A program made the position numbers and the translations under genes. A stretch of DNA of 62,973 bases, filler included, from Reclinomonas americana ATCC 50394 (lineage: Eukaryota): assembly GCA_048213135.1 (NCBI GenBank). It is 52 parts of 52 records of this genome, joined end to end, with 100 filler letters (N's around TTAATTAATTAA, not from the genome) between each part and the next. Parts side by side here need not be neighbours in the genome. Positions count along the whole stretch, not along the records: positions 26,758 to 27,870 come from AFZH01026442.1; positions 27,971 to 29,083 come from AFZH01026443.1; positions 29,184 to 30,298 come from AFZH01026444.1; positions 30,399 to 31,511 come from AFZH01026445.1; positions 31,612 to 32,724 come from AFZH01026446.1; positions 32,825 to 33,937 come from AFZH01026447.1; positions 34,038 to 35,149 come from AFZH01026448.1; positions 35,250 to 36,361 come from AFZH01026449.1; 44 more parts are not named here. One strand, given 5' to 3'. Shown here piece by piece: positions 26,975-39,541 of this stretch (positions are counted from its first letter, which is position 1; each line of letters opens with the position of its first letter). The notes beneath the pieces were generated by a model. That model did no database searches, was not told the DNA's origin, and worked only from the letters and a program-made list of their open reading frames with translations.

Positions 26975-27620
26975 GTGGTAATAAGTGTGGTTCGAAGGAA
27001 AGAGAAGAACTAGTGAGAGAACGATAGAGGAATAGAAGGGGAGGGGAGTGTGTGAGTGAGAGAGAGAGTGAATGTGTGCCGCTGCATCATCCACTCCTGT
27101 CATTCAATGCTCTCACTCATTCATTCGTCCTCCCTTCTCGCTCTCATTCATGCACTTTCTCACTCAGACAGTTGCTCTTGGATGTGTGTGATTTGGTGTA
27201 TATGTGAGTGAATGAGGGAGTGAGTGAGAGTAATTGTGTTTCGGAGAGAGGAGAAGGAAGAGCGAAAGTGAGAAGGAATGAAAGAATGAGGAGGAGAAGG
27301 ATAGAGAGGAGGGCGAGAAAGGTGCATGCGTGCCTCCGCATCATCCTCTTGCTCTCTTCTCGCTCCCTCATTCATGTATTTTCTCACTCACTTGTATAAA
27401 TTGAGAGAGAGAGAGAGAGAGATAGTGGACACCTAGTGAGTGTGTATGTGAGTGAGTGTGAGTGAGAGCAATTGTATTTCGGAGAAAGGAGAAGAAAGAT
27501 GGAGATATAGAAAGAAGAGGAATGTGAGGAGAGGAAAGAGAGGGTGAAAAGAGTGCGTGTTCCTGTGCATCATCCTCTGTTCTCATCAACTGCTCGTGCT
27601 CAGTCATTCCTCGTCCGCTC
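26975..27620. repeat. Degenerate tandem repeat, about 3 copies of roughly 240 nt
   Basis: Recurring AATTGT.TTTCGGAGA.AGGAGAAG, GCATCATCC and CTCATTCATG..TTTTCTCACTCA. Confidence 0.65.
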
Positions 27621-27811
27621 ACTCTCTCGCTCGCACCTGTCCCCTCCCTTTCTTACTTAATCTCTCTAACTCACTCTCCAGTTGCATTCTCGTGCTCTGT
27701 TGTGCTCTCTCCTTGTCGCTCACCACACCAAATCATCCTCTTTGTCTCTCCTTGTCGGACACAAGCATGCACTCTCCATTCACTTTCTGGCTCCCTTCCT
27801 CTTTCTGTCCC

Positions 27812-27870
<59 letters not shown>

Positions 27871-27999
27871 NNNNNNNNNNNNNNNNNNNNNNNNNNNNNN
27901 NNNNNNNNNNNNNNTTAATTAATTAANNNNNNNNNNNNNNNNNNNNNNNNNNNNNNNNNNNNNNNNNNNNGCCGGAAATCAAATTTAAGCTTGCGAACC

Positions 28000-28415
28000 A
28001 TTGAGCACGGTAGACGCGTTCGCCAGAATCGCTGTGCTTCCGGAGCAGACTGTCGGACAGCCACCGACACTAAGACAGACCGGGTCATTAGTGGCGAGGC
28101 CAGTGCCTGCAACAAGGAGAAATGAGACACCTGCAGCGCAGTGTTTAGTCGGACAATAATCGACACGCACCAGTGATGGTGAGAACGTCTTCGCTGCTGG
28201 AAATGCCCGCACGCGCGTGAAAAGGATAGAAGGAGCTCACGCTGGCCGCTGAGTACGCACGCACACAAACACACACGCAGGAGAAGTGAGGACGGGGAAA
28301 CCATGCGTGTCCAGTTGAGTGCGCAGCAGCACTCACCATTCGCCGCGCCGGCGAACACAGTGATAGCAAGAAGCGCCACCACGACAACCGTGGCGTGCAA
28401 GGTGAGCGTTCTCAT
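28000..28415 (-). CDS. Secreted protein N-terminus, multi-exon, with an IPT/TIG-like LTITGTG motif (end coordinate approximate)
   Basis: Signal peptide MRTLTLHATVVVVALLAITVFAGAAN then GTGAGT; later exons encode VLTITG/TGLATNDPVCLSVGGCPTVC. Confidence 0.45.
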
Positions 28416-29048
28416 TTTTGGTGCTGCGGAGGGCAACACGCGAGCGCACACAGACGAGTGAGACACAAGTTATGCGATGTCGGTCATGGACGTCCATGTC
28501 GCGCACACACACTCACACTCACTCCGATGAGGAGAGGAGAATGCGAGACGAGAGAGATAGGGAGAGATTTCACAAAAAAAGGCACAGCCCGCAGACGCAC
28601 CGCCAGCTGTTGGTTGCCGGCCGAAAATGAAAATGTTTTTGCGCATGATGCAAGATGATGCATTGAAATTTGCAATATGTGATCAAATATCTGCATTTTT
28701 CCATTTTCTCGGCACCAGTAAACCTTCCGATGACTTCATATCCTCCTCTCGCCTCACAGGAGCCACCTGGAGAGGCAGTTGACGTGTGCACGTATCGTGT
28801 GCGCCGAATTCGGATCAACTGCAATCGATCCTCGCTGCGCGATCGCGATCCGGATCGATATCGATATCCGAGTCGCTGCGATGTCTCGAATTCGCGTCGG
28901 CCGCTGCTCACGCGCTGCATGCATACGTGTAAAACACTCCATTCGCCACATTCCGAACGCAACGAGTGTCCAGCGGTCCCTTGCTGGCACATTGCAGCAA
29001 GTCCGCATAGCTGACCTCAAAATGTTGGTGGGTGCACGCCGAACCACA

Positions 29049-29083
<35 letters not shown>

Positions 29084-29238
29084 NNNNNNNNNNNNNNNNN
29101 NNNNNNNNNNNNNNNNNNNNNNNNNNNTTAATTAATTAANNNNNNNNNNNNNNNNNNNNNNNNNNNNNNNNNNNNNNNNNNNNCCCCCTCTCCCCCTCTC
29201 CCCTTCCCCTCCACCTCCCCTCACCACCTCCCCCACAG

Positions 29239-29990
29239 GACGTACAACTCACGCTGTACCAATACGAAACCTGCCCGTTCTGCATGAAAGTCAAGACCTT
29301 CCTGGACTACCACAAGATCCCGTACACCACCGTCGACGTCAACATCTCCACCTACGAAGAGATGAAGCCGTGGGCACGCATTAACAAGGTACCCTTGCTG
29401 ATGATTGATGGCAAGGAGCAAATATCGGATTCGAATACCATTGTTAGTGTGCTGGAGGAGGACCTGTTGCGCGTCACCGAGTTGCGTCGTCTTTTTATTT
29501 TTTGGTTCCCGTATGTAGCGCTTCCTCCCAACCTCGCGACGCAGACCCCCGTCGGTCAAGGAGCAAGAGTGGCGACACATTGTCGACACGCAGATGATGA
29601 AGGCGGTGCCGCCGAACATGTATCGCACGATCAAGGAGAGCAAGGCGGCGGTGGCATACATTGTGCCGCTTACCAAGATGAATGAGTCGTGGCGGACGGT
29701 GGCGCCGTACGTCGGTGGCTTTTCGATGTATTTGGTGAGGAGCGCATGGAGGGGGGAATGGGAGGGAGCGTGAATGCTGTTAGCTCACAATCCTGCTTCG
29801 TGCAAACACAGCTGGGCCGCTTCCTGAAGCGCCAGCACGAGATTGCCGATCCGCGCGCCTACATATTCTCGATTTGCAACGAAATCGCCGACGACGTGCG
29901 CATGAGCAAGCAGCCGTTCCTCGGTGGGGAGACGCCCAGCCGAGCGGATTTGATGGCGTTTGCGATTCTGCGTGCGCTGGCGCCGTATCC
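29239..29990 (+). CDS. PTGES2: Prostaglandin E synthase 2-like glutaredoxin/GST-fold protein (exons 29239-29480, 29545-29733, 29812-29990)
   Basis: LTLYQYETCPFCMKVKTFLDYHKIPY..V.VN, KVP, DS..I, EWR...PNMYRT, PFLGGETPSRADL. Confidence 0.88.
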
Positions 29991-30241
29991 GTTGCGTGAA
30001 TTTTGGGTGAAGGGGGGTGAAGAGGGGAAGGGTTGGAAGGGGGACAGAAGAGAGAAATGTGACTGATCTTGGGATTGGGAGGCACGTTGAGAGAGATCAA
30101 TGATGAGGAGCAGTCATGGAGACAAGAGAGAAAATGTCGACAGGCACATCAGCTGATTCTGGTTGACGTGTGGGGGAGGAAGAGGCTGAACGCAATCTGC
30201 TTCGTAAGATGAGAAGTTGCATTGTGTTGAGGTTCGAGAGT

Positions 30242-30286
<45 letters not shown>

Positions 30287-30844
30287 CACACACTACTCNN
30301 NNNNNNNNNNNNNNNNNNNNNNNNNNNNNNNNNNNNNNNNNNTTAATTAATTAANNNNNNNNNNNNNNNNNNNNNNNNNNNNNNNNNNNNNNNNNNNNCG
30401 CCGCGGATTGCATGGCCTGTGCATGCAGCATGAGCGCGCGCACACAGCGCAAGAGAGAGAGGGAGAGAGAGTGCGCATGGAACCTCAGCAGTGGCCTTTG
30501 CGCTCATTTCTGCGTCACAATCGGTGTCTCGCGCAACCGGCTTGACTGCATCAAAGTGACATTGAAGTACAGGCGGCGCAGGCGTTGGCACAGGCGGTGC
30601 AGGCACAGCTGTGCAGTTGACAAGTAGACAACGTGAAAAACAAAGAAAAGAGAGAGACAGAGACAGAAAGAGTGAGCGCAACTGGCGACGGCGACTGCTG
30701 TGTGGGCACGAGAGGCGCCGCAGCCTCCGCCGAGCAGTCGCACATGCCACGGCATTCTGTTCTCGACGTTTGTTGTGAAAGATTGAATGTTGGGCGTTGT
30801 CCTGTGAAGTTGTTCTGGTGTGTTGTGTGTTGTGTTTGCAAGCA

Positions 30845-31459
30845 ATGGCGCAGACGCAACGCAAGTTGCTGGGTGAGTTCAATGTGCATGCGTGTGTGAG
30901 AGAGCGCGCTTCGCGTGGGGCGAAGAGTGTGTGAGTGTGCGCAGAGTGCCATTTGCGGTCACACACTCACACGCGCGCACACAAGCGCGCGTGTGTGTGC
31001 ATGCATGCATTTGTCAGTGTGTGTGTGTTGTGCGCTGTTCATCATGGTGTGTGTCTCTGTGAGTGGAGAAGAGAGAGAGAGAGTTGTCCTCTTCTCTCTG
31101 TGTGGCTGTTTGCTGTGTTGTGTGTGTTTGTGTGTAACGAATACCGTTGCATCTGCGCCATGTGATGCATGGAAGAGAGAGTGACAAGAGAGCGAGAGTG
31201 TGCGTGGCGGGAGAGTGAGAGAGAGATGAGCATGAGCACACGCGCGCGCGCACTCTCTCTCTCTCTCTTTCTCCTCACTCTCTGTCTCCTTGCGTCTCAC
31301 TCTTCTTCTCTCACCGTGTGTGTGCGTGATGCAGCCGAAATCGACCGCACTCTGAAGAGAGTGGAAGAGGGCCTGGAGATTTACGATGACATTTGGGATA
31401 AGGTGTACTCGACGGAGAACCCCGCGCACAAGGAGAAGCACGAGGCCGAGTTGAAAAAG
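30845..31459 (+). CDS. CNOT3: CCR4-NOT subunit NOT3 N-terminus (exons 30845-30872, 31335-31459)
   Basis: MAQTQRKLLAEIDRTLKRVEEGLEIYDDIWDKVYSTENPAHKEKHEAELKK. Confidence 0.9.
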
Positions 31460-31611
31460 GTTGGCGCGCAAGTGTGCATTCGACCTCGGCCTCCACATCG
31501 TCCACTGAGTGNNNNNNNNNNNNNNNNNNNNNNNNNNNNNNNNNNNNNNNNNNNNTTAATTAATTAANNNNNNNNNNNNNNNNNNNNNNNNNNNNNNNNN
31601 NNNNNNNNNNN

Positions 31612-32438
31612 ACCGCGGGTGATGTAATCTTCGAGCTGGGACTCCAACGCCCTGTTGATGTACGACATCGCATCCTCTCTGCAGCGCAAAGGAATGTCGC
31701 GGCCCCAGAAAGCCTATAGTTTGTAACAGCAGGAACAATCGGTAAGATAAACTGCACCACCACAACGGACACACTACACGGGCGCGGATCGAACGCAACA
31801 TACATGGGTTTCCGTTGCTCCGGTGGCGCAAGCTCTTTCACATAGTTGACCAACTCGGACTTGTCCCACCGGAACAGATCTGCAAGCGGCGGAATCAGCT
31901 CAAGGGAAGTCGGTTCCATCACACAAAGCTGACAAGACGGTGCCAACACGCACCTGTAGTGACGACTGCCGGCGTCTTCTGCACCACTGCTTTCTTCTTG
32001 TCGAGCAACTTGATCTCCTTGTCGAGCAACTTGTTCACCTCGTCACGCAGTTGATTCTTCTCGTCAAGCAACTTGAGCTCCTTGTCGCGCAGTTGCTTCT
32101 TCTTGTCGGCCCAGTATTGCTTGTCGCCCGCAGTCGCGGCTGCCTTCCAACTCTGCGCGGCCTCGTCAATCTCCACCTCCACCTTTTCAATCTGGCTCTG
32201 GACCTCCTTGATCTCGCGCTCTACATCACGGAGTGATTGCTGAACTCCAAGCACTGCAAGGCAATAATGACACGCCAGCGGTGAGACATCACAGTCCAGC
32301 GACAGCACGGAAAAGATCGCGCTCACATTCACTCGAATCTGTGACAGATGCTGATGGCGAGAGGAACTTGTCAGATAATGTCAATGTACACACACACACA
32401 CACACAGACACACACACACACACACCAGTTGCTGACAT
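31612..32438 (-). CDS. Coiled-coil-headed protein, possibly Crinkler/RHS-effector-like, truncated
   Basis: Spliced model MSATVLGVQQSLRDVEREIKEV...DKQYWADKKKQLRDKELKLLDEKNQLRDE...DLFRWDK...PMYAFWGRDIPLRCREDAMSYI. Confidence 0.5.
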
Positions 32439-32880
32439 GAACAGCCGCTGCTGAAAGCCGATCTGTAAGCGACCCCAGACACCTGGCACCGGTGACCACG
32501 GCGACGGCGGCACAAAGCGTGCGAACGGGCGCAGAGCAGCACACACGTCTGTGCGTGACGGAACACCTGCCAAAATCACAAGAGCTGAGGTGATGAAAGA
32601 GAAAGATGGATGATAGGTGGAGCGAGTGAAGAAGAGAGTGAGTGAAGGGCTGAGAGAAGAACGACACACATGGTGCTGATGTTGAGGAAGAAAGGGAGAG
32701 AGAGAGAGAAAGAGAGAGAGAGAGNNNNNNNNNNNNNNNNNNNNNNNNNNNNNNNNNNNNNNNNNNNNTTAATTAATTAANNNNNNNNNNNNNNNNNNNN
32801 NNNNNNNNNNNNNNNNNNNNNNNNGCGCGCGCGCGTGCTCTGACACATGTACGCGTGTGTTGCATGATTCGTGCGTGCAG

Positions 32881-33937
32881 GTCTCCTCAAGCAAGACGGG
32901 TGGGAGCACGACAAGGAAACCACTCGCCAATTGTTCCCCCCGCCAGCGCTTCCCTTCGTGCTGCTTCCTACTGGCAAACCGCGTGGTACCAAACGATCGC
33001 GACCCCTGTACCCCACACTGGCGCAATCGATGGTACAGCTGTTCCTGCTGTGCGTACACGTACGTGCGCGTGTGAGGTGAGCACGCTGCACGCGAGAAGT
33101 CAGCACCCGATGCTAATCAGGCTTGTTGGTCCGCAGTGATGGCCCTGAACAGCAGCAACACGGAGCGCAGTTGACGGCATACCTGCAAGACCTCGACATT
33201 GCGTTTACAAGCATCATCAATGCGTTCAAAGACGCCTCGGTACGCGTCGCCGAATTGGTCGAGAGTGCTCTCGGTACGATGGACGCCAACTGGCTGGTTG
33301 CCCTCCTATTGTGCGAGGAGTTTGTGGCCTATGAGCACGTCGAGAGAATGCGGGAGGCACTGGAGGCGAGCAAGGATCAGGCAGCTGAGCGCCGCAAGTG
33401 GGGCATGCCTGTGTTCGATGCTAAATCGATCGGTGGTGCTGCCGGTGCCCTCCGTGAGGCTTGCCGCGGTGTGCAAAAGGGCCACGACCGGTGCATCGTT
33501 GCTTGGTGCGTGTGCGAGATTGTACGTAGTCTGACGTCTTTGTCCTGCAGTACAACTTACTTTTTTTCTTGTACGTATGTAGGAGAGGCAACGCGTTCTA
33601 CGAGGATGCCAGGGTGCTGTCGCAGCGCATGCATCGTCGCCTGTGCATGACATCGATAACGCAGTTGCAAAGGTGTGAGGCATACGTATACTACGCACGG
33701 TGCACGACCCATGATATTTTTCATTTGCTGACTGTCTCTTTTCTCCAGCGCCATCACTGCGCAAGATGATGACGACGACTGGAAGAAGGTTGGCATTCGG
33801 CCGTCGTCTAATCTGCCGACCACAAAGGCGTCGGCGATGGCGTTGCATCGGAAAAAGGAGATTAGTCGCTTGCATGCGGCGATAGCTGGCCACGACGTGG
33901 GGCGCTTGCCGTCATCTGGGTTCTTGGAGCCAGAGGC
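32881..33937 (+). CDS. Hypothetical multi-exon helical protein fragment
   Basis: Open exon-like segments (AQLTAYLQDLDIAFTSIINAFKD...) separated by short GT-AG intervals. Confidence 0.4.
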
Positions 33938-34597
33938 NNNNNNNNNNNNNNNNNNNNNNNNNNNNNNNNNNNNNNNNNNNNTTAATTAATTAANNNNNNN
34001 NNNNNNNNNNNNNNNNNNNNNNNNNNNNNNNNNNNNNGTGTGAGAGAGCAGAAGGAGAGCGCCCGCGCGCGCGCGAGATCATTCAAACACACACACACAC
34101 ACACACAACAAAAGCCAGAGGGTGAGCGTGCGCGTGCGTGTGCACAAGACAACGCGGTTATTGGTGCTCACTTAATCGAGCTTGACAGAAACACTCAGAT
34201 ACTGAGCGGGAGGAGAAAAGCAAACGCAGGTTGGGAAGGGGGAGGGAGGATGGCAATCGACCGAAGGATGACAGAAGCACGCAGAGACGGAGCGGGAAGC
34301 GACTATAAAACAGAGGATAAACGGCATGGAAAGAGAGAGATAGGGATGACGGGAGGGCGGAAGTATGAGAGAGAAGGATGGTGACAGAAACAGGCAACGG
34401 CTGCGCGGGAGGACTATCAAACAAAGGAGGATCTGCATGCGGGGAGAGATAAAGAAAGAAGACAGCAGCGAGTGATCTTGCGATTGAACGAGCATGAACG
34501 AACTGCAACACGAGCACGGTAGGAGTGACAAGTGTGTGCACGCACGAACTGCAAGTGCAAGATGACAACCGACAGATCCTCGCAGACACACACTCAC

Positions 34598-34808
34598 CGT
34601 CGTCAAGTACAGCTGCAGGCCGGACGACTTGTCGACAGACACAGCGGGCACTACACACACGCGCGTGCGAATGAGTGAGAGGCAAACACACGAAAGACGG
34701 GGAGGAAGCAAACGCACCCTTGCCAGTGCACTGCATCTCCATGCGATTGCAGTTGACCAACTCAGCGGTGGAGATGACGTCGTGGAACACCACACCCACG
34801 CGCTCGCA
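34598..34808 (-). CDS. CAP: Cyclase-associated protein C-terminal (CARP) domain exons (34808-34718, 34650-34598)
   Basis: CERVGVVFHDVISTAELVNCNRMEMQCTGKVPAVSVDKSSGLQLYL. Confidence 0.85.
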
Positions 34809-34871
34809 CTGGGGGAGAGGAGAGGGGCAGGGAGAGGAGCATGTGAGTTCAATTTTCCGCGTTGTCTCGAA

Positions 34872-35149
<278 letters not shown>

Positions 35150-35249
35150 NNNNNNNNNNNNNNNNNNNNNNNNNNNNNNNNNNNNNNNNNNNNTTAATTA
35201 ATTAANNNNNNNNNNNNNNNNNNNNNNNNNNNNNNNNNNNNNNNNNNNN

Positions 35250-36060
35250 GCACAGTGACACTCTCCGGCACTTCATCCGACTGGCTCCCCTCCATCACCG
35301 TCATCGGCTCAACAGTCGCTCCCTCTACCACCTCCTCCTCCGTTGCCTCCGCCTCCGCCTTCGCCTCCACCGCTGGTGGTGGTGGTGGTGGTGACGGTGG
35401 TGCCGCCAGCAAGGCCAAGGCAGCCGGCGGTATCTCCTTGCGCCACCAATCCGGGTCCACCTCCTGCGTGGTGGCCGGCGGCATAATCTTGGTGGCGTAG
35501 TTAATGAACAACGCAAACGGCTGTGGCACGTAGTCCAGCCGGCGACCGACGTCACCTCGCGGTGTTGTCTCGGCCGCCAATTCCGCGGCGGTTTCCTCGC
35601 CGTAGCTCATGTGCGCGTCGTCGTCAACGGGAGAGCGGTCGCCGGCGGCGGTGTTGGGAGTCGCTGCGTCGGCGCCGAGCGGACCATCGTCGTCCATGAG
35701 CATCGGTGAGGCGGGGAAGGGCACCGAGGCGCGACGCGGACTCGGCGATGCGTTGGCGAGGGGCCAGGTAGAGGAGGATGAGATGGTGGACAACTCCTAT
35801 GAGCGACAAGTGAGCGACAGGGAACACCAAATCGACATCTGACGTGGTGAAAACAAACCTGTCCGAGGGAGGGCAACTCCGAGTCGGCGGGATGCACGGT
35901 CGAGAGTGGTATGGGGTCGACCAGGGGCGTCAGCTCGCCATCGGGGACCAGCTGGTGCACGGGAGCGACGTGGATCGAGCTGTAGTAGTCGACACCGCCA
36001 ATCGAGTAGCGGTAGAGGCGGTCTTGTGCTACTAGCTGGTCGAGTGCCGCACGCAGTGCC
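35250..36060 (-). CDS. Hypothetical protein fragment (acidic/Pro-rich)
   Basis: Two long open exon-like segments with a GTTTGT donor; no family recognised. Confidence 0.4.
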
Positions 36061-36498
36061 AGGCGGGGGTTGGGGTAGGAGTCGCCAAAGGTGGGACATC
36101 CTGGTGGCGTGAGTGAGAGGGGGGAAAGGAGGAAAGGGGGAGAGATAAGGAGAGGGAGGACGAAGGAGAAGGAGAGGGAGAGAGGGGAAGAGGGAGAGGG
36201 AGAGGGAGAGGGAGAGGGAGAGGGAGAGGGAGAGGGAAGAGGGAAGAGGGAAGAGGGAAGAGGGGAGAGGGGAGAGCGAAGAAGGAAGGGGAAGCTGGGA
36301 GAGGGAGAGGGAGAGAATAGAAGAGAGGGAGAGGAAGAGGGAGAGGAAAAAGGAGATGGAGNNNNNNNNNNNNNNNNNNNNNNNNNNNNNNNNNNNNNNN
36401 NNNNNTTAATTAATTAANNNNNNNNNNNNNNNNNNNNNNNNNNNNNNNNNNNNNNNNNNNNCAATAGAGAGTCTCCCTCGGACGAGTAGCCTCTCTCT

Positions 36499-36540
<42 letters not shown>

Positions 36541-36613
36541 CTTGAAGATTCGCTTCTCTCATCTCTTTGAATTACGATCTTGATGAGTCTCCTTCTCACT
36601 CTCTTCACGCAAC

Positions 36614-37498
36614 GACGGATACCGGTTCTTCAAAAACGCCTTCACCAGCGTGACATCAAGATCCGGCGCCACCGCCTTCACTGTGCCCGGCAAACAAATC
36701 TCCTCCAGCGGCAGCGACGACAAGAACTGCAGCTGGGCAAACATGCGGAAGCGGAAATTCCTGACAACGACGGCAAGTATTCGTCAACACACTGCTCCGT
36801 ACTTCTCTCTATCGCCACCCACGTACCCCACTGGCGCAATCTTCGAGTGTGGAATCGCTTGCAGCTTGTTCTGCACGTACAGCAGCGCCGAGTGGTACCG
36901 CTCAACAAACTCGGCCGAGGAGCAGTTGCGCACGGTGGCCATCATGACCGTGGAGAAGATGACGACGCGCTCCCACACGTCGCCCATCACAGCCTGCATA
37001 GCAGTGAGAGATCACACAAAAAAGATGTTGAACAGCGTGCATCCTTTCGCAACATCAATCATTTCCTGCGTAAGCTGCGCAGTCCTAAAGGCATCCACGT
37101 AGCTCTCAAAGTACTGTCGCACATCGTCCAGACTGCGTGCGTGCACGACGTCAGTGAGTGGAAGCGCACTGAGGACCTCACTGTGCACACTCACCACTTG
37201 GGATGCAGGCGATCGACCGGCCAGTTCAACACCAAACTGATTCTCATTTGTACATCCTGCAGCAGCGGGGTGGGGTGAGCAATGAGGCCGGTACAACAAC
37301 ACAGTAGAACTTGATCACGCAACCTTCCACAGCGATTTTTGGAGTGTTGAAATTGCCAGTCGCAACAATACATCCACCAGCGTCCGTCGGAATCGGAACA
37401 GTCGCGTCCGTCCAAACACCGTCAGCTCGGTCAACTCGCCCTCGTACACGTTCGTGTCGGGCGGATCAGCCACCGTTGTTGACATGAATAGCGGGTAT
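36614..37498 (-). CDS. Multi-exon helical protein, weak VPS9-like resemblance
   Basis: Exons join in frame: LQKSLWK/DVQMRISLVLNWPVDRLHPK/CLDDVRQYF...EMID/AVMGDVWERVV...PVG/NFRFRMFAQLQFL. The family call is tentative. Confidence 0.45.
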
Positions 37499-37673
37499 CT
37501 GCGAGGAGGGGAAAGGGAAAGTGAGTGAGATGCTTTGTTCTCATTTGCTAGCTGCTGGACGCTCTCTGTGTCGNNNNNNNNNNNNNNNNNNNNNNNNNNN
37601 NNNNNNNNNNNNNNNNNTTAATTAATTAANNNNNNNNNNNNNNNNNNNNNNNNNNNNNNNNNNNNNNNNNNNN

Positions 37674-37772
37674 CTGCTGCTGCGTGGGCACAGGGGGGTG
37701 TGAGGGATGTCCACCACTTCCGCGGCCGGCGCCGCGACCACCGCCGCCGCGCCCTCGATTGCGCCCGCTCAT
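37674..37772 (-). CDS. N-terminus of an RG/RGG-rich protein
   Basis: MSGRNRGRGGGGRGAGRGSGGHPSHPP, divergent from the gene at 38361. Confidence 0.55.
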
Positions 37773-38360
37773 GATGTCGGAGGGGGAGAGAGGGAGAGGG
37801 GGGGATGTGGAAGGGGGGTAGAGCACGCGTGTGTGCGTGTGTGTGCGTGTGGAAGAGGGAGAATGCGTGTGCGCGCGTATGTCGAACAAGCTTAATGTTG
37901 CGAACATACCTGTGGGACAGCGATTTGCGTGATGGAAAATTTATGTTGGAACCGATGCTCACACTCAGCAGCGCATGTTATGCCATCCATGTGGCGACAC
38001 AGAAGAGATGTACCCACACTTCAGAAGCGAGTGGAAGTGGAAGTCTGCTGCAGATGAGTGGTCACGCTGCGGTGAAGTCGAAATCGAAATCGAAGACTGG
38101 CCGCGGAAGAGTTGGTGAAGCTTGGTTGCAGGTGATGCCAGCTCGTACGTATCAAAGGCTGCAAGGGTGCAGCACTCTCTTCCATGCGCAATCGCTGCAT
38201 GTACTTGAATTCGACTTCGAACGCATGCAAGCTTGCACTGCGAGGTGATGATCTGCACGTGCAACACAAACAAGAAGCAGGCACCTCTCTCAAACTGCAC
38301 TCATCGCTTCCCCATTGTCATCGTCCTGTCACTCTTCACACACACACAAAAACAACATTG

Positions 38361-38607
38361 ATGGAGTCACTGCGCCACGAACTGGAGGCCTTGCAGCAGC
38401 AAGTGCACGCGCTCACAAGTCGTGAGAGAAGAGTTGATGATGATGATGATGATGAAGAGCGTTCTCGTCGTGTTGTTGGGAGTAAGCGCGTGCGAAGGCG
38501 CAATGAGCGAGTGGCGGTGTGGAGTGCCTCGCTGCTCGCCTTGTGTCTGTTTGTGGGGTTTACGACGTATTATGGGCTGCGGTTGGCGCAATCGCTGAGG
38601 AATCCAG
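38361..38607 (+). CDS. Membrane protein first exon (coiled coil, then one TM helix ending ...LAQSLRNP)
   Basis: ATG after an A-rich leader; exon ends in G then GTGAGG. Confidence 0.55.
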
Positions 38608-38887
38608 GTGAGGGTGGAAGAGGGGAGATGTGGGGGAAGGGGATGGAGATGTGGGGGAAAGGGGATGGATAAGGGAGAAGATGGAGGGAGGGAGGGAGGG
38701 AGAGAGAGAGGAAGGGAGAGAGAGAGAGAGGAGAGAGGAGGAGGAGGAGGAAGAGAGAGACGACGAGAGAGAGAGAGAGAAGTAGAGNNNNNNNNNNNNN
38801 NNNNNNNNNNNNNNNNNNNNNNNNNNNNNNNTTAATTAATTAANNNNNNNNNNNNNNNNNNNNNNNNNNNNNNNNNNNNNNNNNNNN

Positions 38888-38924
<37 letters not shown>

Positions 38925-38991
38925 CGCGTATTACGTCAATACACACAATATGGGGTGAAATCAGACACGCATCATGACTGCAGATACGAAC

Positions 38992-39541
38992 CAGTGGAGT
39001 AGGCTGTAGAGGAGAGCAGAAGAGAGCAGAAGAGAGAGAGTGAGTGACGTGTGTGACAAGGAAGAGGGGTAATGAGAGAGAGAGAGAGAGTCGCGCACCT
39101 GTGAAGAACTGCGCAAGAGCTGTGCGCACAGCGTTCATGGCAGCAGCCAACTGTGCCACCGTCGTGGCATTGCAGCAAGAGGGCTGTCCATTGAAGGAGG
39201 TGCACGCAGAGTTGGCCAAGCTCTGTAAACAAAACAAACAAAACAAAGAGAGAGTGAGCAGGGCCATTTCCCTCGCGATCTCTTCTCGCACACACACAGA
39301 CACACACGCGCGTGCGCAACAGAGACTGGCGAGGAGGGGAACGTCAGCACTCCGCTCCACAGAGGAACGGCGCATGAGGTCGGACCAGTGGTCGGCGTGG
39401 TCTGCGCGGAGACCAAAAGCGCACCCAGCAGCACCAGCACAGCGCAGGCAATCACAATGGAGACTGTGCACGCGTGAGTGAGTGAGTGAGTAAGAGAGTG
39501 AGTAAGTGAGTAATGGAAGGGGAGGGAGGCTCACCGCGCAT
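38992..39541 (-). CDS. Secreted Cys-containing protein N-terminus (multi-exon)
   Basis: MRVSIVIACAVLVLLGALLVSAQ...SCAVPLW...ACTSFNGQPSCCNATTVAQL; the C-x8-CC pattern is reminiscent of NPC1-N/folate-receptor-like domains. Confidence 0.55.
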
